NCBI GenBank assembly: GCA_963665235.2 | Contig: CAXXLX010000001.1 | Coordinates: 256,001-320,000 of the forward strand | Source of the DNA: Candidatus Poribacteria bacterium | GTDB lineage: Bacteria > Poribacteria > WGA-4E > WGA-3G | Direction: 5' to 3' | Length of the DNA stretch: 64,000 nucleotides | Shown: positions 18,624 through 29,067 of the stretch, piece after piece | How positions within the stretch are numbered: position 1 is the stretch's first letter | How the letters are laid out: each line of letters opens with the position of its first letter | Position numbers and translations under genes: made by a program | Notes under the pieces: generated by a model | The model's input: only the letters and a program-made list of their open reading frames with translations | Database searches by the model: none | What the model was told of the DNA's origin: nothing

Positions 18624-21290
18624 TTAGAAATTGTAACCGATTTTGGTATACCAGAACGCGCCGCCAAACCCGTAAGGACTATATTCACCGAAGGCTCTGC
18701 CAACGATTTTACCTGTAAAGTTCTCTATATCCGGGTTCGCCCAGGTGACATTGTTCGGTTCAGCATTGAGGACGTTATTCACGCCAAATGTGACTCCCAA
18801 GTTGTCGGCAAACGCGTAGTTAGCTTCAAGGTCTACCAAAAAAGTGCCACCGTAGATTTGCTCTCCGACAGCGTTCTCATACCAGGGACCGTAGTAATTA
18901 ATCCGTCCCAAGACCCCGACGTTATCGCGAACATTTTGTATTAATGTCACGTTTCCTCGGTGTTTGGGAAGCCCTTCTTCGAGGAGTCGGACGCGTGTGT
19001 CATCAAGAATATCCGCGTTTCGGTGGGTGACCTCCGTGCTGGTATAGTTGTAGGCAAGGCTGAGCGCGCCTTTCCAGACAGGTGTTGTCATCACCAGATC
19101 GATACCTTGGGTGCGTGTTTCAAATTCATTGGTAAAGAATCGGAATTCTTGAAGATTGCCAGCACTTGTGATACCTTCATCGACGAGTTGTTGAATCTGT
19201 TCTTCGGTAATATCCTCGCCGCGTTGGAAATCTTTAGAAGGTGCCAACCGATCTTCTACCGTGATATTGAAATAATCTATTGTGACGCTAACCGTATTAT
19301 CGCTAATAACTGTGCCAACAGAAAAGTTCTTTGACTTTTCGGGTTCGAGTGCTTTTCCGCCTACAAGGCCGGCAGCGGCGTGTGTAGAGGGAATAGTTCC
19401 CTTATTGACGAGGGTATTGTTTTCACCGAATTCGGTTGTGACGTTAAAGGCGTTCTGCTGTCCCGGTGTCGGTGCTCTGAAACCGGTGCTGTAGCTGCCA
19501 CGCACCCTCATGTCTAACGCTTTATCGATGGTCAGAAATTCCTTGACGGTATCGGTGAAAGCGTAGCTACTTGCGATTTTGTAGTTGATTGTCTCCCCAA
19601 AATCATCGAAGTGTTCCCCGCGGACAGCGGCACTAATAACCCATGGGTCCATCGGTTTCATTTCGGTTTCGAGGTATCCAGCATAATTGGAGCGTGTCCA
19701 GCTGCCTTGCGCGATATCACTGAATCCGGGGAATCCGTTGGAGCCGGAGCTAAAGCCTTGGCTTGCCAGCGGTCCAATTTCCCATGACTCTATTTGTCCC
19801 TGCACAATTTCGAAGGTTTCCGTTCGGTATTCCGCGCCTGCGGCGAGGAAGACGAGGTCGTGCAGCGGATATGTCAGGTCAAGGTTAACATTCGTATCCG
19901 CTTGGATATAATCGCCTGGGTCGAATTCGGTAGGCGTGTTTGGCCCGAGGGACGCGTTGACAGTATTCCTAATAAAGAAATCGGAGCCGTGTCGTCCATA
20001 GGATGCGCTGAGATTCCATCCCAATTCTTCAGCGACTGTACCTTTCAGTCCGACAAGGGCGGAAGCGTCTTGGGTATCCGCGCCGAAGCGGGGTGTAAAT
20101 CCCCCGGGGAAAAGTTCTTGGAAAGTGAATAAATTGTCATCTTCCATGACTGCTTCCAATGCGTCGGCATCTGGTACGTGGTCGACTATCGGAATATCAT
20201 CGGCATTGTGGGGATGCGGTTCGGTAAATTCGGCTTCTGCTGCCTCTGCCTGCTTACGTTGTTCCTCCCAAGCCGCTATCTCTTTTTCTAACCCGGATAG
20301 ATTTCCAACGAGCAGGGTTGCGCCGCCATCGTTGCTAAATACAGCCGGGCGTGTATTGGGATTTCGGAAATAGAATCCGCCTTCAACCTGCTTCTGTGCA
20401 TAGTTTGCATGCCCATAGAGCTGAACGTCAGTGACAATGTCAACGCCATAGTTTACAAAGAGCTTGATGTCATCTTTAATAATCGGGTGTCCCCAAGGTT
20501 GGGATGGATTGGCGACATCGCCATTTCCGGCATTGGTAAGTGCAGCGGCATCATCCCGTTGAACGGAGCGATTGGTCTCGTTTGCATTGCCGTATTCTAC
20601 ACTGAGGTTTGCCCAAATATCTTCTTTCCCCAGGCCGATATTTCCTGCAACGGAATATGTAAGACCATCTCCGACCTGGTAAATCCCGGGCTTGATTTCC
20701 AAAGAGCCGCCTTTGTGGCTGTCTTTCAATTGTAAGTTCATGACACCGGCGATGGCATCGGAGCCGTATTGTGCTGACGCGCCATCTCGCAGCACCTCCA
20801 TCTGTTTGATTGCAATAGAGGGGATAGGCGAGAGGTCCGCGCCTTGTGAACCGTCGGCTAACCCGTTTCCGAGCCATGCAATCACAGAGGCACGATGCCG
20901 ACGTTTACCATTAACGAGTAATAACGTGTGATCGGGAGCTAATCCCCGCAGATTTGCTGGACGCACAACGGTTGCCGCGTCGGCAATAGGCTGCGCGTTG
21001 ACATTGTAAGAAGGGACAAGGTTTCTTAACAGGTCAGGTAAATCTGTGCCCCCCTGTTTGACAAAGTCCTCGCTGCGCATAACATCAATCGGCACAGCAG
21101 ATTCAAGGACAGAACGCGGTTTTGCACGCGTTCCAACAATAACCATACCCTCAAGTTCTAGAACTTCCTGCTCAGACGCTGCATCACTTCCACCTTCCTG
21201 TGCTGCTGCTATCGGTAAAAAAAACATAGCGGCAGCCAAGGCGATGTGAAGCACGTAGAGAAAGGATTTTATGTTAAGTGTATCGCTCAT
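18624..21290 (-). CDS. TonB-dependent receptor
   Basis: Signal peptide; plug LRGLAPDHTLLLVNGKR, DGASAQYGSDAIAGV; STGFRAP; C-terminal YNF. Confidence 0.95.
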   Translation of the reverse strand: MSDTLNIKSFLYVLHIALAAAMFFLPIAAAQEGGSDAASEQEVLELEGMVIVGTRAKPRSVLESAVPIDVMRSEDFVKQGGTDLPDLLRNLVPSYNVNAQPIADAATVVRPANLRGLAPDHTLLLVNGKRRHRASVIAWLGNGLADGSQGADLSPIPSIAIKQMEVLRDGASAQYGSDAIAGVMNLQLKDSHKGGSLEIKPGIYQVGDGLTYSVAGNIGLGKEDIWANLSVEYGNANETNRSVQRDDAAALTNAGNGDVANPSQPWGHPIIKDDIKLFVNYGVDIVTDVQLYGHANYAQKQVEGGFYFRNPNTRPAVFSNDGGATLLVGNLSGLEKEIAAWEEQRKQAEAAEAEFTEPHPHNADDIPIVDHVPDADALEAVMEDDNLFTFQELFPGGFTPRFGADTQDASALVGLKGTVAEELGWNLSASYGRHGSDFFIRNTVNASLGPNTPTEFDPGDYIQADTNVNLDLTYPLHDLVFLAAGAEYRTETFEIVQGQIESWEIGPLASQGFSSGSNGFPGFSDIAQGSWTRSNYAGYLETEMKPMDPWVISAAVRGEHFDDFGETINYKIASSYAFTDTVKEFLTIDKALDMRVRGSYSTGFRAPTPGQQNAFNVTTEFGENNTLVNKGTIPSTHAAAGLVGGKALEPEKSKNFSVGTVISDNTVSVTIDYFNITVEDRLAPSKDFQRGEDITEEQIQQLVDEGITSAGNLQEFRFFTNEFETRTQGIDLVMTTPVWKGALSLAYNYTSTEVTHRNADILDDTRVRLLEEGLPKHRGNVTLIQNVRDNVGVLGRINYYGPWYENAVGEQIYGGTFLVDLEANYAFADNLGVTFGVNNVLNAEPNNVTWANPDIENFTGKIVGRAFGEYSPYGFGGAFWYTKIGYNF

Positions 21291-21371
21291 AATTTAAATT
21301 GTTCCTTTGCTAGAGCAGTCCCCATCTTTTCATAAATTGTAATTAGGAGCTTGCTCCAACATATCAAAGCT

Positions 21372-21484
21372 AGGACTTACGCAAATTTAGCAGGAACCCT
21401 CGTAGGGGCGGGGTCTCCCCGCCCGCTAGGTCTGCCTCTAAATCCCATTATCTATGGACTTTATCAACGTGCTGCATAAGTCCT
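21372..21484 (+). mobile_element. MITE-like element carrying a GTAG REP-like hairpin
   Basis: TIRs AGGACTTACGCA / TGCATAAGTCCT; internal GTAGGGGCGGGGTCTCCCCGCCC. Confidence 0.65.
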
Positions 21485-21593
21485 GAAAGCTATTTGTGTT
21501 TCTGACAAAACTTACAAGGTAGGGTAGACGTGCGTCGTTCCCCTTTGTAGAAATCAGCTTTACAAGCACGCCTACCGGGTTTATGTTACAGGT

Positions 21594-24326
21594 TTAGAAG
21601 CTATAACCGACTTTAGCGTACCAGAACGCTCCATCAAAGCCGAACGGACTGAACTGACCATATTTGTTTCCGACAGAATCGGCACCATTCGGATTTTCGT
21701 CGGGATAGGTATCAAGGATATTTCTGCCACCGAGCGTGAGTGCCACTCCGGAGCCCACGGTGTAAGTGGTTTCCAGGTCGATAATAACCCTTCCAGTGTA
21801 TTCTCCAGTTTCTTCCACATCTGTATTTTGCAAGTAATCTTCAGAATCGAACCAACCGCTGAAATAACTGGCGCGCCCGAGGACTCCCCAGTCATCCGTT
21901 ATGGATTGAGCGATAGTCAGGCTGGCGCGGTGTTTCGGTAAATTCTCTTCCAGTTCCCTGGTTCGATGTCTATCCAGTGTGGCATTCTCCCAACCTTTAT
22001 ACTTAGGATCTTCAAATTCATCAGTTAATTCGACGAGTTCTCCGTCGACTACGAGATGGGTAACCTTAGTTGACGTGAAGTTATACACGGCAACGAGCGT
22101 CCCATTCGCTACTGGTGCTGTGGCGACAAAGTCAACACCTTGGGTTTTGGTATTGAAGTCATTGATAAAGAACTGGAATGTTTCCAGATTCGCTGCACTA
22201 GTTACACCTTCCTTGATGAGCTGTGCCTTCTGTGAGTCGGTCAATGCATAGTCTTGTGACACCGATAACCGGTTTTTCAGCCGAATATCAAAAATATCAG
22301 CGGTGAAGTTTACCCCCAAAATATCGACAGTAAACCCGGCAGTGAGGTTATTTGATGTTTCCGGGTCAAGCGAGTTATCTTCCTCGCCTGTCACAACCCC
22401 GACAGCAGGGTTGGTGGAAGGAATTGTTCCTTTATTAACGAGATCCCCTTTCTCAAAATCGTATTCGGTGGTAATGTTGAACGTATTTTGCTGTCCGGGT
22501 GTCGGTGCGCGGAACCCGCTACTATAGCTTCCCCGCAACCGCATCGTTTCGGTAACCTTGTAGTTTGCAGCGGCTTTGTAGTTCAGGGTGCTCCCGAAAA
22601 TCTCAAATTGTTCGCCGCGTACAGCCAGCGCGACTAGGAGCGCATCAATCGGTCTGATTTCAGTTTCCAGATAGGCGGCGACGTTGTAACGGTCCCATTT
22701 GCCTGCCGCAACCGGGCTGAATCCCGAAAATCCGTTGGAGGCAGCAGTGAAACCTTGCGCTGCGAGGGGTCCAATCTGATGCGACTCGCGTTCACCCTCT
22801 ATGATTTCAAATCCTTCGTTGCGATATTCCAAACCAGCAGCGAGGAACACCAAGTCGTGCACTTGATTTGTAACATCAAAGTTTAGGTTATAATCTGTCT
22901 GGATATAGTCCCCTGGATCAAAATATGTCGGTGTATCTGGGCCGAGCGAAGCATTAACGGTATTGAAGATAAAGAAATCAGCATGATTTCGTCCAAAAGA
23001 GCCGCTCAGATCCCAGGTTAAGGGGGTGCCTAACGCTTCTTCCAGAGCGGTGCCTTCAACGCCAACGACGATGGAAGTATCCCACATGAATGCGCCAAAT
23101 CTGGGTGTGAATCCGCCTGGGAACATCTCTTGGAAATTGAAAAGATTGGGGTCATTCTTGACAGCTTGCAACCGCTCGGGATCAGGAACGTTGTCAGTTA
23201 TCGGGATATCGTCAGCATCGTGAGGTGAGAGTTCGGTGAACTCCTCCCCGGCCTCCTCGGCTGCCTCCTTTCGGGCTTTCCAGTCCGCCATTTCGGCTGT
23301 TAAACCGCGCATATCCCCGACGAGCAACATATGATCTTTCCCGTTTGGGCTAAACACGCCATTGCGAGTGTTTGGGTTTCGGAAATAGAATCCGCCTTCA
23401 ACGCGCTTTCGTGCGTAATTGGCATGCCCATAGAAATTGATGGTATCTGTGAGGGTGGCCCCGTAGTTTGCAAACAATTTGAGGTCATTCTCTATAATCG
23501 GTTGTCCCCAAATTTGCGCGGGGTCTTTCACACTGAAATTGCCTGCGTTAATCAAGTTTATGGCATCATTACGTTGGACAGACCGGATGGTCGGATCTGC
23601 GCCCCCGTATTCAAAACTGACGCTACTCCACGCGTCTGGACTCCCTAAACCGATGTTACCAGCGAGCGCAAATTGCCTACCGTCGCCGTATTGGTAGATA
23701 CCGGGTTTAAATTCAAACGAACCGCCTTCATGGTTGTCTTTCAATTGGAAATTCATCACACCCGCGATGGCATCAGAACCGTATTGTGCGGAGGCACCAT
23801 CTCGTAGCACCTCAACCTGTTTCAGTGCGATTGCCGGAATAGGCGACAGGTCAGGGCCCTGTGAGCCATCAGATAAACCGTTTCCGAGCCAGTGAATCAC
23901 TGCGGCACGGTGTCGCCGCTTGCTATTGACGAGCACCAGTGTATGGTCTGGGGCAAGTCCCCTTAAATTCGCTGGACGGACCACTGTTGACGCATCACTA
24001 ATCGGCTGCGTATTGACGTTATAAGATGGCACCAAAGTTCTCAGCAAATCCGGTAGATCTGCACCGCCCTGCTTTTCAAAGGATTCGTTTGATACAATAT
24101 CGATTGGGACTGCTGAATCCAAGACAGAGCGCGGTTGCGCACGCGTGCCAACGACCACGACTCCTCCAATTTCCATAACTTCTTCTTCAGCGGCAGTTTC
24201 CTCGGCTTCAGAAGCGGTATCACTTTCGTGGTTATCTGCTACAACCACAGGTAAAAATACCATACCGATTGCTAACGCAACGTGAAGCGCGAACAGAGCC
24301 AGCCTAAAATTAAATGTGACTTTCAT
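21594..24326 (-). CDS. TonB-dependent receptor (tandem paralog)
   Basis: Same plug motifs; SSGFRAP; C-terminal YSF. Confidence 0.95.
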   Translation of the reverse strand: MKVTFNFRLALFALHVALAIGMVFLPVVVADNHESDTASEAEETAAEEEVMEIGGVVVVGTRAQPRSVLDSAVPIDIVSNESFEKQGGADLPDLLRTLVPSYNVNTQPISDASTVVRPANLRGLAPDHTLVLVNSKRRHRAAVIHWLGNGLSDGSQGPDLSPIPAIALKQVEVLRDGASAQYGSDAIAGVMNFQLKDNHEGGSFEFKPGIYQYGDGRQFALAGNIGLGSPDAWSSVSFEYGGADPTIRSVQRNDAINLINAGNFSVKDPAQIWGQPIIENDLKLFANYGATLTDTINFYGHANYARKRVEGGFYFRNPNTRNGVFSPNGKDHMLLVGDMRGLTAEMADWKARKEAAEEAGEEFTELSPHDADDIPITDNVPDPERLQAVKNDPNLFNFQEMFPGGFTPRFGAFMWDTSIVVGVEGTALEEALGTPLTWDLSGSFGRNHADFFIFNTVNASLGPDTPTYFDPGDYIQTDYNLNFDVTNQVHDLVFLAAGLEYRNEGFEIIEGERESHQIGPLAAQGFTAASNGFSGFSPVAAGKWDRYNVAAYLETEIRPIDALLVALAVRGEQFEIFGSTLNYKAAANYKVTETMRLRGSYSSGFRAPTPGQQNTFNITTEYDFEKGDLVNKGTIPSTNPAVGVVTGEEDNSLDPETSNNLTAGFTVDILGVNFTADIFDIRLKNRLSVSQDYALTDSQKAQLIKEGVTSAANLETFQFFINDFNTKTQGVDFVATAPVANGTLVAVYNFTSTKVTHLVVDGELVELTDEFEDPKYKGWENATLDRHRTRELEENLPKHRASLTIAQSITDDWGVLGRASYFSGWFDSEDYLQNTDVEETGEYTGRVIIDLETTYTVGSGVALTLGGRNILDTYPDENPNGADSVGNKYGQFSPFGFDGAFWYAKVGYSF

Positions 24327-24555
24327 AATACAAATAAACTCCTTTGTTATTTTGCTTGAAAAGCGATTTTGCTTTCAAACATAAAACAATATTTGAGGTT
24401 CAAAGGGGACATCCGAAGTTCCTGAAAAACCGAGCTGCCGAACGTCCGTTAATTCTCTCTACAAATTATACCACATTTTAGGGGTAAATTCAAATTATAC
24501 CCATTTTCGGGTTTTCGGGTTGAATTCAAGAGATAATTCTGATATATTATATAAT

Positions 24556-25311
24556 ATGCTAATATTTTATTCAATAATTGCAATAGCAACAGTACCCCTC
24601 GGCGCGGGAATTGCGATTGTTTCTCAGAAAAAACAGACACAGTTTGGGCTTGTTTTCGGATTTACAGCAGGGATAGTGCTCGGTATCGTCTTGATGCTGA
24701 TGGTGGATTTTTATCAGGAACTCGGCTATGCCACAATTATAGTCATGTGGGTTGGCTTCGGTTTAATTTGGCTGATAGAACGTCTGGTACCGCATAATCA
24801 TGCAGATTCGGCTGAGCATACCCACGGCAAAAAGAAACACCTTTGGGGCATTAATATAACACTCATCGGGTTGACGCTCCACTCTATTGCAGATGGGTTC
24901 AATCTCAGCGTCGCAGCGGAAGAGCATGAAGTGGGTATCGCGCTCGCGCTTGCTGTCCTGATTCACCGGGTGCCTGTAGCGACAGTAATAACAGCCGCCT
25001 TACGCCGCGATTATAGTTTCGCAAAAACAGCATTACAACTTACGCCGCTGATGCTAGCCCCACTTGTCGGGGCATTCATGGGGGAACGTCTGCTGCACGG
25101 TATCTTCGAGGAACTGGTAGAATATTTGACCGCCTTCGCCGCTGGTACCCTGTTGCACGTCATGATGGATGGCTTGCGCGGCAACTACACACCCTCATCA
25201 GAAGAGAGCCGCGGAGCCTCTAAGATAGCGTTCGTTATCGGCTTGATTTTGACGTTGTGCGCTATCTATTTCTTTCCAGGACTTGAGCTTGAACATACAC
25301 ATTCACATTGA
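24556..25311 (+). CDS. ZIP family metal transporter
   Basis: LHSIADG, IHRVP, FAAGTLL, His-rich loop and tail; start set at ATG 24556. Confidence 0.85.
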   Translation: MLIFYSIIAIATVPLGAGIAIVSQKKQTQFGLVFGFTAGIVLGIVLMLMVDFYQELGYATIIVMWVGFGLIWLIERLVPHNHADSAEHTHGKKKHLWGINITLIGLTLHSIADGFNLSVAAEEHEVGIALALAVLIHRVPVATVITAALRRDYSFAKTALQLTPLMLAPLVGAFMGERLLHGIFEELVEYLTAFAAGTLLHVMMDGLRGNYTPSSEESRGASKIAFVIGLILTLCAIYFFPGLELEHTHSH

Positions 25312-25327
25312 AATTGGCAGGCATCTG

Positions 25328-27829
25328 ATGATTCTTACAGGAATAGGGCATGAAACCGGAGGACGCTATGTTTCGCTAATGCTGTTCTGCCTTTTGCTGT
25401 TAGCGGCCCCGGTACGCGCAGCGGAGATTCCTATTGTGGTATCGGGTGAACCGAGGGCAACGCTGCAAATCGGTGCCAACGCCTCCACCCAAGAGCGGTT
25501 TGCTGCCTCCGAAATTCAAACCTTTATAGAAAAATTCACGGGCGCACAGCTTGAACTTCGCACTAATCAACAGGCAACAGCAACGCAAACCGTCATCGTC
25601 CTGGGAACACTACACACAAATCCAACGATACAAGCACTAAATGTGACGCTGCCTGAAGACCTTGGCGATGAAGGGTATCGGATACAAACCGTTGAACTCG
25701 GGGACGAAATTCTTATTGTCGTTGCTGCGCACACCCCACGCGGAGTCATCTATGGGACTTATGCCTTCCTTGAAGCATGTATCACAGCGTTGACAGGGCT
25801 CACCCCCGTGCATATAGAGATAGCGGTTGCGCGTGAGCCTTCGCTGTCTGTCCCCTTCTTAGACGAAACCTCGCGCCCCTTTTATCCGATTCGCGCCGTG
25901 TTAGAGATAGATGACCCGGATTGGCTTGCACGACACCGTATCAATATGAGCGGTGGTGAGGGTATCTGGACCGGCACCGGCATTGAAGATGGATTCGGCA
26001 CAGCGTTCAAATATGTAGACTCTCCCGCGTTTGCAAAATTACAGGATGAACCGCGCACACAAAGATTAGAACGGATTGAGACGCTCCAAAACCGGTTCAC
26101 TGCACTTCAAAACCGCGGCATTGATGCATATCTATTTATGTACGTGACAGGTGAACCGACAGAAGCACTTATCAAGGCGCGCCCGGATATATTGGGACCA
26201 GAGGTGTTATACGGTGCTTCTCGAAATGAACGTTCCTATCGTCCCTTCTGCTGGTCAAAACCGGAATTCCACACACTTGCGAAACAGTTGACGCAGGAAA
26301 TTGTGAAAACATACCCAGGCCTCGCTGGATTTCACCTCCGGTCCTGGGGACATGAGACGCGGGCATGCAATTGCCCACAATGCGGCGACCGCTCCCCTGA
26401 AGGACAGGCGAAACTTTGGGAGGTATACTTCACGATTATCCGCGCAGCACGCGAAATCCGCCCGGATTTCAAATTTTACCTCTCAGGATATGATAGCAGT
26501 TGGTTACAAGATCCAAGCGGCGACTATGCACGCCAATTGCCAAAAGGCACTATTTTTTCCCAAAAATGGGGCGCAGATGGCGAACCTATCGTAGAAGCGG
26601 ACATCGCAATTCCACAGATGAACGCCCTCGGCGATATGGGACACCGATATATCGTGCTTTCACACGACGTGGAAGAGGTGATGCCCTTCTGGATGCTTGA
26701 AAGCGAACTCTTCGTACAAGGCGTTCGCCTCCTCGCAAATAACCCCGAAGTTGTCGGATTGAGCGGATTTACGGTCCAGGGCGCGAAAGAGGGACTCGGG
26801 TACCTCGACCGACTCGTCAGTACCCGAATCAATTGGGATATTCAATTTGACCCGCTTCAACTGTTACACAACGAATTGACAACCCGATACGGCAGCACAG
26901 AAGTTGCCGAGTTGAGCCTGGACGCATTACGTATCAACGGCTGGACCTTGGCAAGCTACTTCTCCGATTACGCTAGCTCCCTCACCCTCGGCGGCACCTA
27001 TGGCAGTGGGTCCGCAGGATTGGCAACCCGGTTTTGGAACCTAATCGGCCCCAAAGCGGTACAGGATACGCTAGCAATACCTGAATTGAAGATTGCACAA
27101 AACGCGGTCAACCGATTCACCGCACTCATCGCACAACAACAGCAGGCAGCAAATAAAATCCGAGAAGCACACGAACTGGCAACACCGGTAAACCTTGAAG
27201 CTGCACAAGACCTTGGGGATGCAATGCACCTAATGAACCTCTGGGTTTTGCTCTTTCAAAGCCGAGCAAAATTGGTCGAGGCAATCGCCCTCGGCTATCA
27301 AGTTGGCACTGGGGATAGCATCCGTGCTAAACTCACAAGCGCGATAGAGTTTTCAAAATCTATCCAACCGCTCATAAGGCAGTTTGAGGAATTTGGACCG
27401 CTTTTCGGGTATTCCCATCAGACGAATGAGGTAGAATTGTTAAATACCTTAAAGGAGGAGGTGGCATGGCTCTCCAGTTTCGACTACAGAACCCTTCAAA
27501 AACATGACGAAAGCTTTTTACCGGAAGAAACCGATTTCCGTATCTCAGCAGTACATAACTATCCCAACCCGCTCAAGCGCAAAACCACATTTACTTATCA
27601 GTTAACGCTCGATGCTGATGAGGTGACAATTACCATCTATACCGTATCGGGCAGACGGGTCAACGTTCTAAAGGAAGCCTCGGCGAAAGAGGGAGCTAAT
27701 GAGGTTATGTGGGAAGCACAAGATGCTGAAGGTATTCCGCTATCAAATGGAGTTTACTTTTACAAAATACGGGCTGTTGTAGGAGATAAAAAGGTTGAGA
27801 GCATTCATCGCTTGGCTGTAATACAATAG
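25328..27829 (+). CDS. Secreted glycoside-hydrolase-like protein (GH20/GH67 N-terminal-like domain, CxCxxC) with FlgD-Ig/T9SS-like C-terminal domain
   Basis: Signal peptide; FAASEIQ...LGDEGYRI...RGVIYGTY; CNCPQC; HNYPNP...IYTVSGRRV...NGVYFYKI; start uncertain. Confidence 0.65.
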   Translation: MILTGIGHETGGRYVSLMLFCLLLLAAPVRAAEIPIVVSGEPRATLQIGANASTQERFAASEIQTFIEKFTGAQLELRTNQQATATQTVIVLGTLHTNPTIQALNVTLPEDLGDEGYRIQTVELGDEILIVVAAHTPRGVIYGTYAFLEACITALTGLTPVHIEIAVAREPSLSVPFLDETSRPFYPIRAVLEIDDPDWLARHRINMSGGEGIWTGTGIEDGFGTAFKYVDSPAFAKLQDEPRTQRLERIETLQNRFTALQNRGIDAYLFMYVTGEPTEALIKARPDILGPEVLYGASRNERSYRPFCWSKPEFHTLAKQLTQEIVKTYPGLAGFHLRSWGHETRACNCPQCGDRSPEGQAKLWEVYFTIIRAAREIRPDFKFYLSGYDSSWLQDPSGDYARQLPKGTIFSQKWGADGEPIVEADIAIPQMNALGDMGHRYIVLSHDVEEVMPFWMLESELFVQGVRLLANNPEVVGLSGFTVQGAKEGLGYLDRLVSTRINWDIQFDPLQLLHNELTTRYGSTEVAELSLDALRINGWTLASYFSDYASSLTLGGTYGSGSAGLATRFWNLIGPKAVQDTLAIPELKIAQNAVNRFTALIAQQQQAANKIREAHELATPVNLEAAQDLGDAMHLMNLWVLLFQSRAKLVEAIALGYQVGTGDSIRAKLTSAIEFSKSIQPLIRQFEEFGPLFGYSHQTNEVELLNTLKEEVAWLSSFDYRTLQKHDESFLPEETDFRISAVHNYPNPLKRKTTFTYQLTLDADEVTITIYTVSGRRVNVLKEASAKEGANEVMWEAQDAEGIPLSNGVYFYKIRAVVGDKKVESIHRLAVIQ

Positions 27830-27945
27830 CTAGCTATTGGCTATTGGCTTATGGCTATTAGCGAGAGAAAGAGGTTTTAGACGCGCGTCAAAAACCTAAT
27901 TAGAATCACAACCTCTTGCTAATTGCTAATTGCTAATCGCTAATT
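27828..27945. repeat. Heptamer-armed palindromic element between convergent genes (core type 2)
   Basis: GCTATTG arms, core ACGCGCGTCAAAAACCT..AATCACAACCTCTTGCTA, (ATTGCTA)n; related to 53363-53488. Confidence 0.75.
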
Positions 27946-29061
27946 TGCCTTTAAACCGATGCCGGTGAGAATTGCTACCGTTACATCCCCCTCTTGAATA
28001 ATACCTGCCTGCCTAAACTTTTCATATCCTTGGATAACTACAGCCGAGGTCGGTTCAACATAGAGCCCTTTTTCAGATAGGGTTTTCATTCCTATCTTGA
28101 TGTCCGCATCGTCAACAGTGGTAAACGCGCCGTTCGTGGCACGAATTGCCTCCAAAATCATCTCGCCTCGGATAGGCAGTTCGGCGGTAATTCCCTCGGC
28201 AAGCGTAGTTCCGGTTTGCGGCATCTGTGAGATAGTAGAGGCGTTATCAAGATATGCGTTGTAAATCGGACAACATGTTGTAGGTTGGACACCGAGTAAA
28301 TGCGGCACCGCATCAATAACACCGGACTCCTGCAGCTCGCGAAAACCGATGTACAACCCCAGATAGACGCTCCCGAATCCGACAGGCGTTATAACGTGTG
28401 TCGGAACGTTCCCATCTAACTGCTCCGTAATTTCGTAAGCGAGCGTTTTTGTGCCCTCTAAGAAAAAAGGGTGCCAATTGTGAGACGCATAGCAGGTGTG
28501 TTCTGCGGCATGTTTCACCGCTTCTGTCGTTGCCATGCGATTTCCCGGCACTAATTTCAGGTCGGCACCGTACGCAGCAATTTGGCTTAATTTGTTTTTT
28601 GAGGTGGCTTCAGGACAGTAGATGGTGCAGCGAATTCCTGCCCTTGCACTATAGGCAGCAATCGCTGCACCTGCATTCCCCGATGAATCCTCAACAACTG
28701 CTTTGACCCCAAGTGCCTTGAGATGGGTGAGTAAAACAGACGCGCCCCGGTCCTTATATGACCCCGTTGGACAGAGGTAGTCCAATTTCACGTAGTGTGC
28801 TGTCCCTCCCGTTAGGTCAAGTGGAATGAGAGGTGTCATGCCTTCGCCGAGGGTGACGCATGCCGTGTCAGAAGCAATTGGCAACGCCTCACGGTAACGC
28901 CAGAGTGACGTTTTTGAATCATAGGACTTGCGCTCGTCTGCTGATGTGAACACGTCACCTATCTGTTCCTTTTGTAGGGTTAGCGGTGCCCCGCAATCAC
29001 AACAATAACGCAGCGGTGATATCCGGTAGGTGATGTGACATGTTGTGCATATATATTGCAT
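27940..29061 (-). CDS. thrC: Threonine synthase-like PLP enzyme
   Basis: TLGEGMTP, PTGSYKDRG, DSSGNAG, EPTSA, LTGIGLK. Confidence 0.8.
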   Translation of the reverse strand: MQYICTTCHITYRISPLRYCCDCGAPLTLQKEQIGDVFTSADERKSYDSKTSLWRYREALPIASDTACVTLGEGMTPLIPLDLTGGTAHYVKLDYLCPTGSYKDRGASVLLTHLKALGVKAVVEDSSGNAGAAIAAYSARAGIRCTIYCPEATSKNKLSQIAAYGADLKLVPGNRMATTEAVKHAAEHTCYASHNWHPFFLEGTKTLAYEITEQLDGNVPTHVITPVGFGSVYLGLYIGFRELQESGVIDAVPHLLGVQPTTCCPIYNAYLDNASTISQMPQTGTTLAEGITAELPIRGEMILEAIRATNGAFTTVDDADIKIGMKTLSEKGLYVEPTSAVVIQGYEKFRQAGIIQEGDVTVAILTGIGLKAN

Positions 29062-29067
29062 TGCTCG

